Shown here: piece by piece, positions 29,301-40,086 of the stretch | Layout: the number at the start of each line of letters is the position of its first letter | Position numbering within the stretch: the stretch's first letter is position 1 | Virus record (IMG/VR): IMGVR_UViG_3300022926_000006 | Coordinates: 1-64,000 of that record | From: a virus | Strand: one strand, 5' to 3' | Length of the DNA: 64,000 nt | Translations under genes and position numbers: made by a program | Notes under the pieces: generated by a model | The model's input: the letters and a program-made list of their open reading frames with translations, nothing else | What the model was told of the DNA's origin: nothing | The model's database searches: none

Positions 29301-32300
29301 GGTCTACAATCTTATCGCCAAGAGATTTGTTTACATAACTACTTTGAAGAGAAGTCGCAGTTCCAATGTTGATTTGTCCAACCTCTTGGGTAGTCGTTGT
29401 TACAGTATTAAATCCAATAAATCTGCCAGAACGGACAAGACCGCCAGTTGTGGTTGTTTGATTGGTAGCACCAAACCAATTATCTTGCCAACCTTCCCAA
29501 ACTGTACCTTCAACTCCAATTTCATCTGCTAAGAATTGAATTGCATCAAAGTTGTTATCATCTTGTACAATTAGGTCAGGTCTGCGAGTTGTATCTTTCC
29601 AGTCATCTGATGCTGGAGTAAGTATCATTTCACCAGTAAAGGCGGAAACTTTATATGCGTTGACATCCATTGTGTCTGATGCATATGGATTATTAATATA
29701 AGAAACTTCTGAATATGGAAGAGTGATAATACCATCAACGTGTTTTTTGTATCCAGATGTTGCTCTCTCGGCGTCTGTAGATACAGTTTCTACTAAAGAA
29801 ACAATATCTGAGTGCGCCATTGGTCGCGCAACTTTTCTCTTCATATCTACAGCAATACGATAATCTTCATTTGATACGTTACCAATGCCATGTCCACTAA
29901 ATGGATCAACAATAAATCCATTCTTTAATCTATCATTACCATTAACATCTTTAACTAGTAGGTCGGTTGTTGCTTTTTCAAGTAAGTTAAGACTACTAAT
30001 CAATTCTAGATTATTAATTCTAGTTTCCAATTTACCAATGTCGCGCATTGTATATCGTTTGTTATTGATTTTTTTCGCAATTGCTTCTGTTGTATTAAGT
30101 ACATATGGTTGATAACTTACAACAAATAACGTCATTGCCTTATCTAAGTCGGCAGGTGGTTTAGGATCATCTGCAGGAACACCCTTGACAACAAAGAATT
30201 CTCCGTCAAAGTTAGCAACAACTTTATCAATTCTAGGTAAGTAATATGAGAAGTCTGCTTCTACATTGGTTCCGATTACAGGTAGTTCACCTTTTGCTGA
30301 ACCAGAACCTGTGAATGATACTCCAGCATCATCAATTCTAGGTCTAAAGTCTAAACTATCTCGCAAGTCATATGATGCACCATCAGTTCCAGATGAGATA
30401 TATGTAGGAATATCTTCATAATCAATAACGCCATCATAACTATCTACTGAGAAATAGTCTCCAGCACCATGAGTGAAGTAATCAAAAGTAATGAGCAATC
30501 TTCCAGATGGGGCAGGATTGCCAGATTTTAACTTAATGCTTGCTAAGTCGTAATATGCATCTTTTTGTCCCGTGTCGAAATCATATCTACTAGTAATATC
30601 TAAATCGGATGCTGTTGCATTAGTACTAAAGTCAGCAGACATTTTAATAGATACCAATCGATATCCATCTGCTTTACCGAGTTTAATAACTGTGTTTTGT
30701 GCTTCTGCTTGCGTAGTAACTTGTTTTGTTTGATTAAGATTTAATGTTTTACTTTTTTCAACAGCATCATTGCCACGAACATCAACTGAAGCAATCAAAT
30801 CTACTGTATCACCATCAGTTACAGGAGTATCAGTTAGATTGTGAAGTTCACTAATGTTTAGTGTGCGGTCAGAACCAGTAAGGGTTAAGTTTGACGTTGT
30901 AATTTTTAGAACATCACCAGCACTTCTTGCCGAACCGCCTGCAGGTGTATTAATAATAAGTGTAAAGTTAGAAATATTGCCAGTAGAAGCGAATGTCTCT
31001 TCGGTTCCAGCGGCAGTAAATGACACAGAACCATTGTTTGCGTTTGCTACTGTTCCTGTTGCAAATTTTCTACGAACAGTGTAGTTAGTAGATGCAACAT
31101 TATCTGGTGTGGCAGAACTATCACCACGAACTTTTCTCATACGGAAGTAGTTTGTATCGAATACAAGAATTTTTCTATCTGGTCTGATAATCTCTGCGCT
31201 AAAACGCTTCACAGAACCAGAAGTAATCGCCGCTAGACCGTTAGCAGTAAGGTTTAGAGATAAGTTGTTAGTAATTGTAGCAACTTCACCAACATCGGTG
31301 TCGTTGATGTATAGACGGTCTCCTACACTCACCTGTGAATTAAACAGTGTTCCTTGTCCAGTTACGGTTACTGCGCCTGTGCCTACTGTAGCACTACCTG
31401 TGAGTGTTACTAGTTTAGGCGAGATATCACATTTGAATGTTGCGCTTGCGGCAGTTGAATTATCTCCAAATGCTCTAGCATCTCTAGTAAAATCTTTACC
31501 TTGGTTCATAACAATATCAAAAATACCAAACTTAAATTCAGTCTCACCTGTGTGTGCATCATCATAGTCACCACTATGAAGCATGAAACTTCTTACATTA
31601 CAACTACCAATTGCTGTTGGTGTACCACTAACAAAGTCATCGTAAATATAAATTTCTTCATAATCATCAATCTCAGGCATACCAGTTACGTTTTGTACAA
31701 TTACATAGTTGCCAATTGGTGTCTGAATTGGTGTATCTACTACACGATTAAATGTTCTTGGTTTCTCAACATTCAAAAAACGAGTTGCTTGTAACTCAAC
31801 TTCATAACCTTGAATATATGCTTTACCAGGTTCGATGCCTAAAGCAAGATTTTCAGCAAGTCCACCCTCTAAGGTAGTAAAGATACCTCTGTTATTACCA
31901 GAGATTAAACTTTCGCGAACATCGACTTTGAATGGTTTAACCTCATAGTCACCACTTTCGTCATATGTTCTTCTTGCAAACTCTTCAGCAAGAACATTAT
32001 AGTCTGCTTTCTTGACAAATCTTTGAATAGTACCGTTTTTAACACGACCCAATTCGATAAAGTTTGTATCAGTAGTTGCATCTAATGCTCTTTTTTCAAG
32101 AGTGAGAGTAATTTTATATCTGTGGGCACCAGGAGCGGCAAAGTTTGATGCTCCTTGTGCATTATCTTTTAGTGTTTCATCTTCTTCTGGTGTTAGTGTG
32201 CTTTGTACAACTTTCCAACCAACACGATATGATGGAGCATTATGATATGGTTCCAACAATATGGTTTGGTTTTCGTTAGCAACAAAGAACCCATTTACAA

Positions 32301-32961
32301 AATAGACACCAGCATTTACTCTTACCGCAGAACCAGTACCTACTGTGTCGTTTAGTCCTGCTTCTAATAACCCACCGGCATCTGTCTGTGCAACATTAAT
32401 TACACTTCTAACAGTTCCAGTAGGTCTTATAGATGCAGAAATCTCAGTAGTTTGGTCTGCGGTAAGAAATTGATTTTTTAATTGAGTATTATCCGCATTG
32501 AGAGATGTTACAGTTTCACCAATAGAAAAGGTATTCGTTGTATTATTAGTACCACTATCTTCATACTTAATGTATAGCGTCATTGGAGTGCTAGAGGTTG
32601 CCGCTACAGTTCCAATAACTCTCGCTTTAACGCCAGTTTCACTACCGGTAATAATTTTATTAACAAAGTCTGTTCTATAACTTTCAACATTCTGTGCATT
32701 AAATGTAGATTGAACCTTAATGAAATCATATTCCATATCAAATGCAACATCACCAGGAATCACCATCGATCCTTCTTCAAATACATGACTACCAAATCTT
32801 TCAATTTGATTTTGAAGAATTGATTGTAACTGTGTTAACTCTCTCGCCTGAACAGGAAATCCAGGACGAAAGAGTACACGATGATACTTCTTTGATTTGG
32901 CACCCGCGGCGCCTTCAAAGTCATCATAATAAGGGTCTACATTAAAGTCGATAACTGCCAT
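26365..32961 (-). CDS. Large virion structural protein (DUF4815/VrlC-like)
   Basis: PYYDDF, VLFRPGFPVQARELTQLQSILQNQ, APGAHR, ARRTYDESGDY, YTMRDIGKLE.RI, DPLAQTF. Confidence 0.9.
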   Translation of the reverse strand: MAVIDFNVDPYYDDFEGAAGAKSKKYHRVLFRPGFPVQARELTQLQSILQNQIERFGSHVFEEGSMVIPGDVAFDMEYDFIKVQSTFNAQNVESYRTDFVNKIITGSETGVKARVIGTVAATSSTPMTLYIKYEDSGTNNTTNTFSIGETVTSLNADNTQLKNQFLTADQTTEISASIRPTGTVRSVINVAQTDAGGLLEAGLNDTVGTGSAVRVNAGVYFVNGFFVANENQTILLEPYHNAPSYRVGWKVVQSTLTPEEDETLKDNAQGASNFAAPGAHRYKITLTLEKRALDATTDTNFIELGRVKNGTIQRFVKKADYNVLAEEFARRTYDESGDYEVKPFKVDVRESLISGNNRGIFTTLEGGLAENLALGIEPGKAYIQGYEVELQATRFLNVEKPRTFNRVVDTPIQTPIGNYVIVQNVTGMPEIDDYEEIYIYDDFVSGTPTAIGSCNVRSFMLHSGDYDDAHTGETEFKFGIFDIVMNQGKDFTRDARAFGDNSTAASATFKCDISPKLVTLTGSATVGTGAVTVTGQGTLFNSQVSVGDRLYINDTDVGEVATITNNLSLNLTANGLAAITSGSVKRFSAEIIRPDRKILVFDTNYFRMRKVRGDSSATPDNVASTNYTVRRKFATGTVANANNGSVSFTAAGTEETFASTGNISNFTLIINTPAGGSARSAGDVLKITTSNLTLTGSDRTLNISELHNLTDTPVTDGDTVDLIASVDVRGNDAVEKSKTLNLNQTKQVTTQAEAQNTVIKLGKADGYRLVSIKMSADFSTNATASDLDITSRYDFDTGQKDAYYDLASIKLKSGNPAPSGRLLITFDYFTHGAGDYFSVDSYDGVIDYEDIPTYISSGTDGASYDLRDSLDFRPRIDDAGVSFTGSGSAKGELPVIGTNVEADFSYYLPRIDKVVANFDGEFFVVKGVPADDPKPPADLDKAMTLFVVSYQPYVLNTTEAIAKKINNKRYTMRDIGKLETRINNLELISSLNLLEKATTDLLVKDVNGNDRLKNGFIVDPFSGHGIGNVSNEDYRIAVDMKRKVARPMAHSDIVSLVETVSTDAERATSGYKKHVDGIITLPYSEVSYINNPYASDTMDVNAYKVSAFTGEMILTPASDDWKDTTRRPDLIVQDDNNFDAIQFLADEIGVEGTVWEGWQDNWFGATNQTTTTGGLVRSGRFIGFNTVTTTTQEVGQINIGTATSLQSSYVNKSLGDKIVDLSLIPYMREIPIHVSVGNMKPRTKVQAFFDNVNVNAYVRPDEKLTVTSTNRTDFQFTPMADPGSQADTDSARFWDSFDQNSGSWLKQPFAAFGFGDVVRNQVHTPTTVTNVTQVGNVTTITLASVNGIAVGHMVTFANIGGAIELNYDGVNDNRYFVESVNTGTNQITIIQIDYNNSPVSALTAYTSGGTATRLQASGVVSYQRPDDPNGAANAPVDINITNRQNGFAIGDVLTGTLLNNAGNINQCTITAVNDVTDATSTDVYKKLQKFGGDKITDDDGSFNGVFVVPNNASTQFRTGERVFRLIDNISNNLDYGTHSTKAERIFHASGLNEEREETILSVRQAEFVRDRVQQDRVVTRSIGTSSRFTPTRRIGHDPLAQTFVVQDVIDGAMITKVDLFFSARGTRPLIVQLLNTKDGNPSGKILAQKTIPASAINTSDDATVSTTISFDSPVFMQQDATYALVLKADEPGMRVFFSEVGKTNIGDGRIVSQNPLTGTMFLSQNGGTWTPFQTRDLKFTLHRAEFSDAVGQINFQNSRNGYTTLRTDPFETTTGSNKVRVYQRNHGFVAGNKVSIAGVPSGFYGANSTSVGIPHTELNGQHTVVAPVTTDTYVIEVTEANIADGGAYPGTEADILSADFVGGAGVRATRNLPVDVITPTVTQLKFANTSLTYDLNIGNTSGVFTGLQNIPENDITYFTDRKSIMSYDNQSTAGYSAQLRATLFSSNSFVSPVIDSQRVSLCTVANRIDNLTASDVNVADFDNRTVATANTNIAYSATNSTITTTDATLREEFDTLDIGKEITTSGSGNASNDKTYIITNYKNDGTTSTITVSPAPGVDESASSAITLIQAEKFIHDIAPVGATNLANYVTRRFTLENSSTAIKILYEMNRPAGTTVDVYYKVLPDGDEATFDTIPYVQTTTEIPDSPDENQFIFRERTHLVENLNGFSSIAVKLVFKSTNPASVPQIKNLRVLALAV

Positions 32962-33016
32962 TTATTTCTCCAGTGCGGTTTTATTCTAATCTAATCTTTT
33001 TGTACAAGTATTTAGA

Positions 33017-34375
33017 TTAGAATTCAACAACGAGTTTGATATCTTCAATCTGGTCAGATGCACGATTAATTGGGCGTCTGTGTTCGACATACATGATATC
33101 ACCGCTGTCCGGTTCTACTTCAGGATTGTTCAGAGTATCTACTGTACCAGTTGCAGAAGAAGAACCACCCGTCACTGTTTCTGCCGCTTGAATTGCGATA
33201 AATCCAGTGTTAATGTCTTGGTAATAGCGTAAAATTCTAGTTGCGGAATCGTAATCAATTACCTTTGCAGATGCACCAGAGGTACCACCTGTGATTGTTT
33301 CATCAGTTACAAATGTTCCACTTAAACCAGCGGCGGCAAGAGTAATTGATTTTGTTGCAGACATAGTTACTGCAGTTGAAACTACACTAGTACCAAAGTT
33401 ATAAGGATCACGAACAAGACCAATTCTACGATAGTCGTTAGAAACTGGGAAGTCTCCAGAACCGTCATTGTACTCAAGTCTTACGTTGTTCATTACATAA
33501 AATCCACCAAGTTCATGTACTGGATTAGATGAGTGTCCACCTTTTGGTGAAATTACTGCAGTCATCGCACCACCAGAACCAGAACCACCGGTAATAGAGA
33601 TAGATGCTTGAGTATATCCTGTTCCTTCTGCGGTAATTGTTACTGCAGTGATAGAACCAGCGGAAACAGTTGCAGTTGCAGTTGCGCCTGTTCCATCACC
33701 TGTGATAGTGACGGTTGGAGCAGAACTATAACCAGAACCAGCGTTTGTAATGATGATATGACGAATTTCACCATCTACTGCCGCTTGCTGTGTATCCCAT
33801 TGTTCTTTGTATGGTTGTCCAGCACCCGGATCGGAAGTGACATATTTAACTGGCATAAAGTCAGTTGATAAAAACTTCAGTGCATCAGAAGCAGAGATTG
33901 TGTACATGTATTTCCACACATAACTATCTGCAGTTGTGATGTAACCAGTTGAAGTTCCAGTTGGTTTGGTTGTTGATGCAGTATTTCCATTATTAGAAAT
34001 ACATTTGTAAACATTATAGTCATCAGTCAATACATAGAATGAAGCACTAAATAATGAAGATGCTCCACTGTTTGATTGATTTGATGATGAGATATTATGT
34101 TCGTACTCATCATAAACTGTACCTGAAGTCCAGTTTCTGCGAACTACTGCGTGAGTGATGTCAGATGAGGTTACACGTTTCATTGCAACCATATCGTCAT
34201 ATGCATTAAATGCTGTATCATCGTTGTCAGCAGGAGTAGGCGGTGCGGTATCATCGGTCCACGCCTGTGGTCTTCCGATGAACAAATAAGTGTTAGTTGC
34301 GGCAGTCTCACTAAATGCTTCCATGTATTGTTCAGCATTGTGAATCCGAAACTTGTTCGTAATGATAGCGGCCAT
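33017..34375 (-). CDS. gp8: Baseplate wedge subunit
   Basis: MAAIIT.KFRI.NA, W.SGT.YD.Y, VYKCI.N, Y.WKYMYTI, EDIKLVVEF. Confidence 0.93.
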   Translation of the reverse strand: MAAIITNKFRIHNAEQYMEAFSETAATNTYLFIGRPQAWTDDTAPPTPADNDDTAFNAYDDMVAMKRVTSSDITHAVVRRNWTSGTVYDEYEHNISSSNQSNSGASSLFSASFYVLTDDYNVYKCISNNGNTASTTKPTGTSTGYITTADSYVWKYMYTISASDALKFLSTDFMPVKYVTSDPGAGQPYKEQWDTQQAAVDGEIRHIIITNAGSGYSSAPTVTITGDGTGATATATVSAGSITAVTITAEGTGYTQASISITGGSGSGGAMTAVISPKGGHSSNPVHELGGFYVMNNVRLEYNDGSGDFPVSNDYRRIGLVRDPYNFGTSVVSTAVTMSATKSITLAAAGLSGTFVTDETITGGTSGASAKVIDYDSATRILRYYQDINTGFIAIQAAETVTGGSSSATGTVDTLNNPEVEPDSGDIMYVEHRRPINRASDQIEDIKLVVEF

Positions 34376-34420
34376 TTTATTCCTCTCTAAGTTAATCTAT
34401 TACTATATTTATAACAGTTT

Positions 34421-37411
34421 TTAACTGTCTCTCAAGAAGATTTCACTATCAAACGTGAAATCCGTCTTACGCCCTGGATAATTTACCAAGTCATCTATAA
34501 CTAAGTTACCTATGTTCTGAATTTGAGTATTCGCATAAGTATCCCAGTAGTTATTATTTGCTGTGTTCGTGCCAGTATAATTACTGGTCATGATAGAACT
34601 ATTATAGTTATCTCTATAAATTCTACCTCCACGGTCAACGCTTCTAAATCCTATTAATTCTGGAATAATCTTGTCTCCAGTTTCTAATAAAATATCTTCT
34701 CCATCTTCTTTTGTTACTCTTCTATCATCTGCATATGGTGGCATAAGGAACTTGAACCTATCAATTGAGTATCCTGTTGTTCCTAGTTTTGCGCTTCCAA
34801 AACTTTCGTGTAACATAGTATCTTCTAGTCCAAGTGATGCAATTAAATGCAACTTGGATGAAGTAACAACTTTTAAATCATCTACACTTGTAATAGTTGG
34901 TAGATATAAAGTTACTACTTGTTGTGCCACACTTGCGATACGCGAAAGTTGCTTGTATATTTCAATCTGATGTTTAACACTCGTATTCATCGTTAAATCA
35001 TTTACGAGTGCTTCAAATGTATGTATAAGCACAGTAATATCCGGAGTTTCGGAAGTCTTGTTATGCTGATTACCGCCCAAAGTAGGAATGTTAGGTGCAG
35101 TAGGTATCTCAGCAATCACTTCAAGTACTCCACCCCCTCTGATATACAATACGACCTGTTTCAGTAGATTTATTGTAGCATCTATATTCGCCATTGGTGT
35201 TCTAAATCTTGGGAATATTAAAGTTGGACTTAATCCGAATCCAGGTTCTGTTCCGTGAATATACTCTTCACCTCGTAGATAATTTTTACCTTTATTGGAC
35301 AATGTTTCAAAACTATCTTCCGCCAAAAGATAAGTTCCATCTTCTTTCATTAATCTTGTAGGGAACAATGTTGCTTGCGCCACCTCAAAGAATATTTCCA
35401 GTTCAAGTTTTTGAAGATGCGGCGTTGTTAATGTTTGTAACAAAATTTCATTCAACAACTTAATTTGTTTAAATCTAGGTGTTGCTGAGTTTAATCTAAA
35501 GTCACTTCCTCCAAATACTCTTGCTCGGACTGAAGTTGAAATTGAAACTTCACCAAATAAAGCAAGACCAACTGGATGAAGAATTCTCTTAACCGCATCT
35601 CTCCATACGTTAATTGAGTTACCAACTTTGACAACATAAGAAAAGTCTTGATAATATAAACTATCTTGAATTTTTTTAGAACTTTCAGAGATACGCCCAT
35701 CTGCTCCAAATAGAACACCTTCACTTCGCGAAACGGTTCCTGTTATTGGATGAATAATTGCTGGATCACAATCATGTATTATTGCTTCTGCTCCTGACAC
35801 CGCACCAACAACTCGTATGCGTCCTCTATTCGATGCAAAATTATCAGTAGATGTGGTTGTTCTAATATTATATAAATTACGAGTATTATCAAAAGATACA
35901 ATAGTACCAGAAGACAAAACATCATTTTCATCTAATAAACAACTTCCATCTTCCAATAAAATCTCATCACCATCTTCGGCGAGAATTCTACCGTGTCTTT
36001 CGTTTATTATTTCTCCTGGTTGGAATGTTCCAACAATATTCTTTAATATTGCAAGTTGTCTAGGTGTCACTAAAGGCGCAGAAAAATATCCACTACCTAA
36101 GTTTGTTCTCTGCACACCTGAAATTCTACCAATTTCCGTTGACGTTGCATAAATCTCAGCACCAGTACCATTTGTATCATCAACTTCAACAGTTGGTAGT
36201 GCTTGATAGTTGGAACCAGTATTAACAATTCTAATATCTTGTACAACACCATCATGATCCGCATCTTCAGGTACAATGTGATTACCATCTTCTAACAATA
36301 CTTTATCAACACCACCCTCAGTGACAATTCTTCTAAAGTCCCCAACGAGAATTTTATCTCCGGTTTCAAGTAGAATAGCATCACTTTCACCAGATTCCAA
36401 TACCAATTGTCTTTCAATTCTATTGACATAGGCAACAGAAGAAGTTCCTAAACCTGTATTAGAATATACAATAGCATCTTGTAGTTGATAATCTTTACCG
36501 CCGTTTTCAATAATAAATCCATCAACGCCACCTTTACCTATAGTGGTAATATCAAATTGAGCACCGTTACCAATATCTTCACTTATAATATTATCACCAG
36601 TCTCGGTTAAAATATTATCTCCATCTACCTCTTTAACTATAAATGGAGTTAAGTTTTTTGTGACTAGTGGGTCACTAGGTACATAATATGTACCATCATT
36701 CGTAATAGTAATGTCAGTAATAATCTCATCAACAATAGCAGTGACAACTTGTCCAGATACAGAATCCGTTACTGTAACAATCTCACCGGCAACAAACTGT
36801 CCACTCACAGAATTTTCAGTTAATACTAGTTGATAAATTTCATCATCACCTACAGCGAAAGCAATAAAGTTCTCAACAAGACCTGTTGCTAAGTTAACAT
36901 TAGGTTGTAGTGGTTTGTTTGCTTGTACAATAGTTTGACCAATAAGTAATCCGCTATCACCAACAACATTTTTAATGTTTAGAATTGTATCTGATGTAAA
37001 GTTACCAGCGGAAACTCGTAACATATCCTTTTTTGGATAATAGACTTCAACTTCTTCATTGAATAACATTCTGAATAATAGTATAAGCGACTTATCCGTG
37101 CCTTTACTTTGATAAAAGTCTTTTACTCTTTTAAGAAATAATCTCTTATCATTAATAATATTATCTGGAATATCTACAAGATAATTTTTCTTAAAGTAAG
37201 AAACAAAAGAATCCACAGTTTTATCAATGTCACTATACAAATGTGCGTTTCTAGTACGCTCAATTGCATTACCTTCCAGTTCTAACCACTCATAGTATGC
37301 TTCTATAAAAGCAACAAACGTAGTGTGGTCAGATTGTACAAATTCAGGTAGTTGCTCAGACAATACTGCCGAGACGGTACCCTTTACTTCATCTGAATTA
37401 ATATTTAACAT
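34421..37411 (-). CDS. gp7: Baseplate wedge initiator
   Basis: QLPEFV, F..FI.AYYEWLE, Y.SKGT..S...LFR.LF, IQDS.YYQDFSYVVK, HPVG. Confidence 0.85.
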   Translation of the reverse strand: MLNINSDEVKGTVSAVLSEQLPEFVQSDHTTFVAFIEAYYEWLELEGNAIERTRNAHLYSDIDKTVDSFVSYFKKNYLVDIPDNIINDKRLFLKRVKDFYQSKGTDKSLILLFRMLFNEEVEVYYPKKDMLRVSAGNFTSDTILNIKNVVGDSGLLIGQTIVQANKPLQPNVNLATGLVENFIAFAVGDDEIYQLVLTENSVSGQFVAGEIVTVTDSVSGQVVTAIVDEIITDITITNDGTYYVPSDPLVTKNLTPFIVKEVDGDNILTETGDNIISEDIGNGAQFDITTIGKGGVDGFIIENGGKDYQLQDAIVYSNTGLGTSSVAYVNRIERQLVLESGESDAILLETGDKILVGDFRRIVTEGGVDKVLLEDGNHIVPEDADHDGVVQDIRIVNTGSNYQALPTVEVDDTNGTGAEIYATSTEIGRISGVQRTNLGSGYFSAPLVTPRQLAILKNIVGTFQPGEIINERHGRILAEDGDEILLEDGSCLLDENDVLSSGTIVSFDNTRNLYNIRTTTSTDNFASNRGRIRVVGAVSGAEAIIHDCDPAIIHPITGTVSRSEGVLFGADGRISESSKKIQDSLYYQDFSYVVKVGNSINVWRDAVKRILHPVGLALFGEVSISTSVRARVFGGSDFRLNSATPRFKQIKLLNEILLQTLTTPHLQKLELEIFFEVAQATLFPTRLMKEDGTYLLAEDSFETLSNKGKNYLRGEEYIHGTEPGFGLSPTLIFPRFRTPMANIDATINLLKQVVLYIRGGGVLEVIAEIPTAPNIPTLGGNQHNKTSETPDITVLIHTFEALVNDLTMNTSVKHQIEIYKQLSRIASVAQQVVTLYLPTITSVDDLKVVTSSKLHLIASLGLEDTMLHESFGSAKLGTTGYSIDRFKFLMPPYADDRRVTKEDGEDILLETGDKIIPELIGFRSVDRGGRIYRDNYNSSIMTSNYTGTNTANNNYWDTYANTQIQNIGNLVIDDLVNYPGRKTDFTFDSEIFLRDS

Positions 37412-39372
37412 TAGTAACTACTTCCACTACTTCCGCTACTTCCACTACTACTACTTACAACAGAGGATGCCGAACCAGAACCAGCAGAACCAACAACTCC
37501 AGTTCCACCAGTTTTACTTAATTCACTATTCGGTGTTGTGATATATTCAACACCAGCAGAGGATTCGCCAGTTGAGACTTTATCTACAATTGTGTTAACT
37601 GTAATATCATCTTCACTAATAGACAAAAGAACATTTCTAACACTCACAATATCACTTGAGTTTAGAGTTATGTATATCTCAACTGTATTTGCATCCAAAG
37701 TTGTATCAGAAATATTTAATTGGTCAATAATTAATTTACCAGTTGAATATTCTATTGTTCCTTGTTGACTGTTTACATAAACTCTTGTAGATGAACCTTC
37801 TTCAAGATAGTATGAACGAATATTTCCATTACCATCATCATCTAGATAAATTGTTTGTGTTCTACCAGATATATTAAATCCAGTTGACGATAAGTTAGTA
37901 GGTGAACCAGGTCCTTGAGTAAACAAAGGATTGTAGAAATTAATTGTGTATTTACTTTCTTGACCTATAATAGCATCAAAACTTCTCTGACACCTTACGG
38001 TTGTAATATTTGAAACAATACCAGGATCGGACCTATCAACAATATTACTAAATTTTGAAAATCTAAACACGCTATCAAACTTTTTAAGTTCGTTGTTTTG
38101 ATAATCCATTACAGAAGTTCGAACTGCAGATGAAATATCAGTATAAGATGATGTTGTAGTATTAGGATTCCAGTAAACATTAATAGTAGGAATAATATTA
38201 ATATAAACAGGATCAATAATTTCAGGTGTAATTGAAACCATAGTCTTCGATGATAAAATAGTGTTCTTAATCGCATCTTTGGTTGATGTGGTTAAAGTTC
38301 TACCTGTCCTAGGTTTAATTGACATGAATACTTTTCCATAAACAGGAGGATCATTATCTTCTCCACCCCATACTTGCATAGTATCTACGTTGTTATATAA
38401 TTTAGGTAGAATGACTTTATAATCTTCTGCAGTAACCGCACGATTTTGTGCTGAGTAAAACTTAGGAGCATTGAATTTAATACTATCAATTGTCTCTCTA
38501 GGTCCACCATTCTCTGCAGAGATAACAGTAGTAATTGTAGCATTTGTAGAACCACCAACTGAAGATGACAGAGTAAAGTTTGATGCACCATTTGCTTCTG
38601 CTTCATTAGTCACAATATATTCTAGAATGATAATATTACCATCTTCTAATGCAGTACCCAAAACTCCATCACCGAATGTTATTTCGTATGTTCCATTTTC
38701 AACAGCATTTAAAAAATATACATTTGAAGTATTTTGTATATCTAAAATATTTTCTGCTTTAGTAAATGTTGTTACAGTTAAATCATTTAAACTATTTTGT
38801 ACACGAACGGAAAGTGTGGTGGAATCAAAACTCTCTTCAGGAATCAAAAATCTCTGTGTTTTGCTAGATGAACTCTTAGTATATAATAGTTGAAGTAGAG
38901 TTCCCTCTTTAATATCAATATTTGTAAAAGTATAAACACCTTCGGTAGGTACAATAGTTACATCTGCGGTTGTTACAAACTGATAGTTGATGTCCGATAC
39001 ACGACTTCTAAAAACTGTACCTTTTGACATTGTTAATTGTGGAGGCGAACCAACAGGATTATTAATTGTGACGTTAATTCTAGCAGTTGCCGCTTGTGAT
39101 GATGATGGTGTATAACCAAGATGTTTAGCAAGAGAAACCACACTGTCTCGCTTAACTGCGCTATCTAAGAACATCTCATTCGAAACCATGTTGGCGTACA
39201 CTGCGTTATAGTGAGTATTATATGATAATACATCTAGTAAAGTATTCATTGCTGAACCTTCAAAATTATAATCTTTGAAAGATTCCTGAGATGATAGATA
39301 TGTTTTAAGATTTGCTTTAATATCAGCAAAATCTAATTCGGTTACCCTAAGTCTTTTTGTTGTATTTGCCAT
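37411..39372 (-). CDS. gp6: Baseplate wedge subunit
   Basis: LDF..IK.NL, DYNFEGS, FLDSA..R.SVVSLAK.LGY.P, AQNRAVTAEDY, WGGED..PP.YGKV. Confidence 0.96.
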   Translation of the reverse strand: MANTTKRLRVTELDFADIKANLKTYLSSQESFKDYNFEGSAMNTLLDVLSYNTHYNAVYANMVSNEMFLDSAVKRDSVVSLAKHLGYTPSSSQAATARINVTINNPVGSPPQLTMSKGTVFRSRVSDINYQFVTTADVTIVPTEGVYTFTNIDIKEGTLLQLLYTKSSSSKTQRFLIPEESFDSTTLSVRVQNSLNDLTVTTFTKAENILDIQNTSNVYFLNAVENGTYEITFGDGVLGTALEDGNIIILEYIVTNEAEANGASNFTLSSSVGGSTNATITTVISAENGGPRETIDSIKFNAPKFYSAQNRAVTAEDYKVILPKLYNNVDTMQVWGGEDNDPPVYGKVFMSIKPRTGRTLTTSTKDAIKNTILSSKTMVSITPEIIDPVYINIIPTINVYWNPNTTTSSYTDISSAVRTSVMDYQNNELKKFDSVFRFSKFSNIVDRSDPGIVSNITTVRCQRSFDAIIGQESKYTINFYNPLFTQGPGSPTNLSSTGFNISGRTQTIYLDDDGNGNIRSYYLEEGSSTRVYVNSQQGTIEYSTGKLIIDQLNISDTTLDANTVEIYITLNSSDIVSVRNVLLSISEDDITVNTIVDKVSTGESSAGVEYITTPNSELSKTGGTGVVGSAGSGSASSVVSSSSGSSGSSGSSY

Positions 39373-39375
39373 GGA

Positions 39376-39777
39376 TTATCGTGTCCTTGTGAGATATGTC
39401 TCAAATATTTGTTCTTGTGTATGGTTAACTACATAAAAATATATTCTCACTTGATATTCATTGTTATCAGAATTGTCAAATACGTCAACCGCTGTCAATT
39501 TTACTCTAGGTTCGTGATTTTGAATAACCTCATATATTGTCTTTTCAATCATTCGGCGGGTCATTGGAGTATTGTTTTCAAACAGTAGTTCCGCTATACC
39601 ACATCCTAAATAAGGTTGAAATGGTCTTTCAAAATGCCGAGTGTTAATTAACGCTCTCATAGACTGCTTTACTGCTTCAACATCAGATTTTTTCGCCACA
39701 TCATTAGTACTACTCAACTTTGTAAAATTAAAGTCTAAGTCTGTAAAATCTGCAGTCTGCCTTGTTATCGTTGCCAT
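39376..39777 (-). CDS. gp25: Baseplate wedge subunit
   Basis: DLD..F, AVKQS, ERPFQP..G..I..LLFE, EPRV. Confidence 0.93.
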   Translation of the reverse strand: MATITRQTADFTDLDFNFTKLSSTNDVAKKSDVEAVKQSMRALINTRHFERPFQPYLGCGIAELLFENNTPMTRRMIEKTIYEVIQNHEPRVKLTAVDVFDNSDNNEYQVRIYFYVVNHTQEQIFETYLTRTR

Positions 39778-39795
39778 AGAACTATTTATACCTCT

Positions 39796-40086
39796 TTATC
39801 CACCAGCAAATACATTAGATGATCCGGCGGCGACTGATGTACAACCACTCACACCATCACCTACTCTACCTGCACCTTTTCCATTTACTTTAACAGTAGA
39901 TGAACCAGATGCTATTGGTGCCGCGTGTGAGGGACATGGCGCACCAGGAAGTAAATGTCCTGTGTTTACATCTCCTTGGCGAGACCACGGAATGTTATTC
40001 ACAAACACATTAGGACTACCTACCGCTCTTGTCATACCTGAACAATGTGGTACGTCTGCATCACCTATTCTAGTTGCCGCTGGCAT
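39796..40086 (-). CDS. PAAR spike tip protein (gp5.4-like)
   Basis: PAATRIGD..H, GS.NVFVN, RVGD...C....AGSSNVFAG. Confidence 0.92.
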   Translation of the reverse strand: MPAATRIGDADVPHCSGMTRAVGSPNVFVNNIPWSRQGDVNTGHLLPGAPCPSHAAPIASGSSTVKVNGKGAGRVGDGVSGCTSVAAGSSNVFAGG

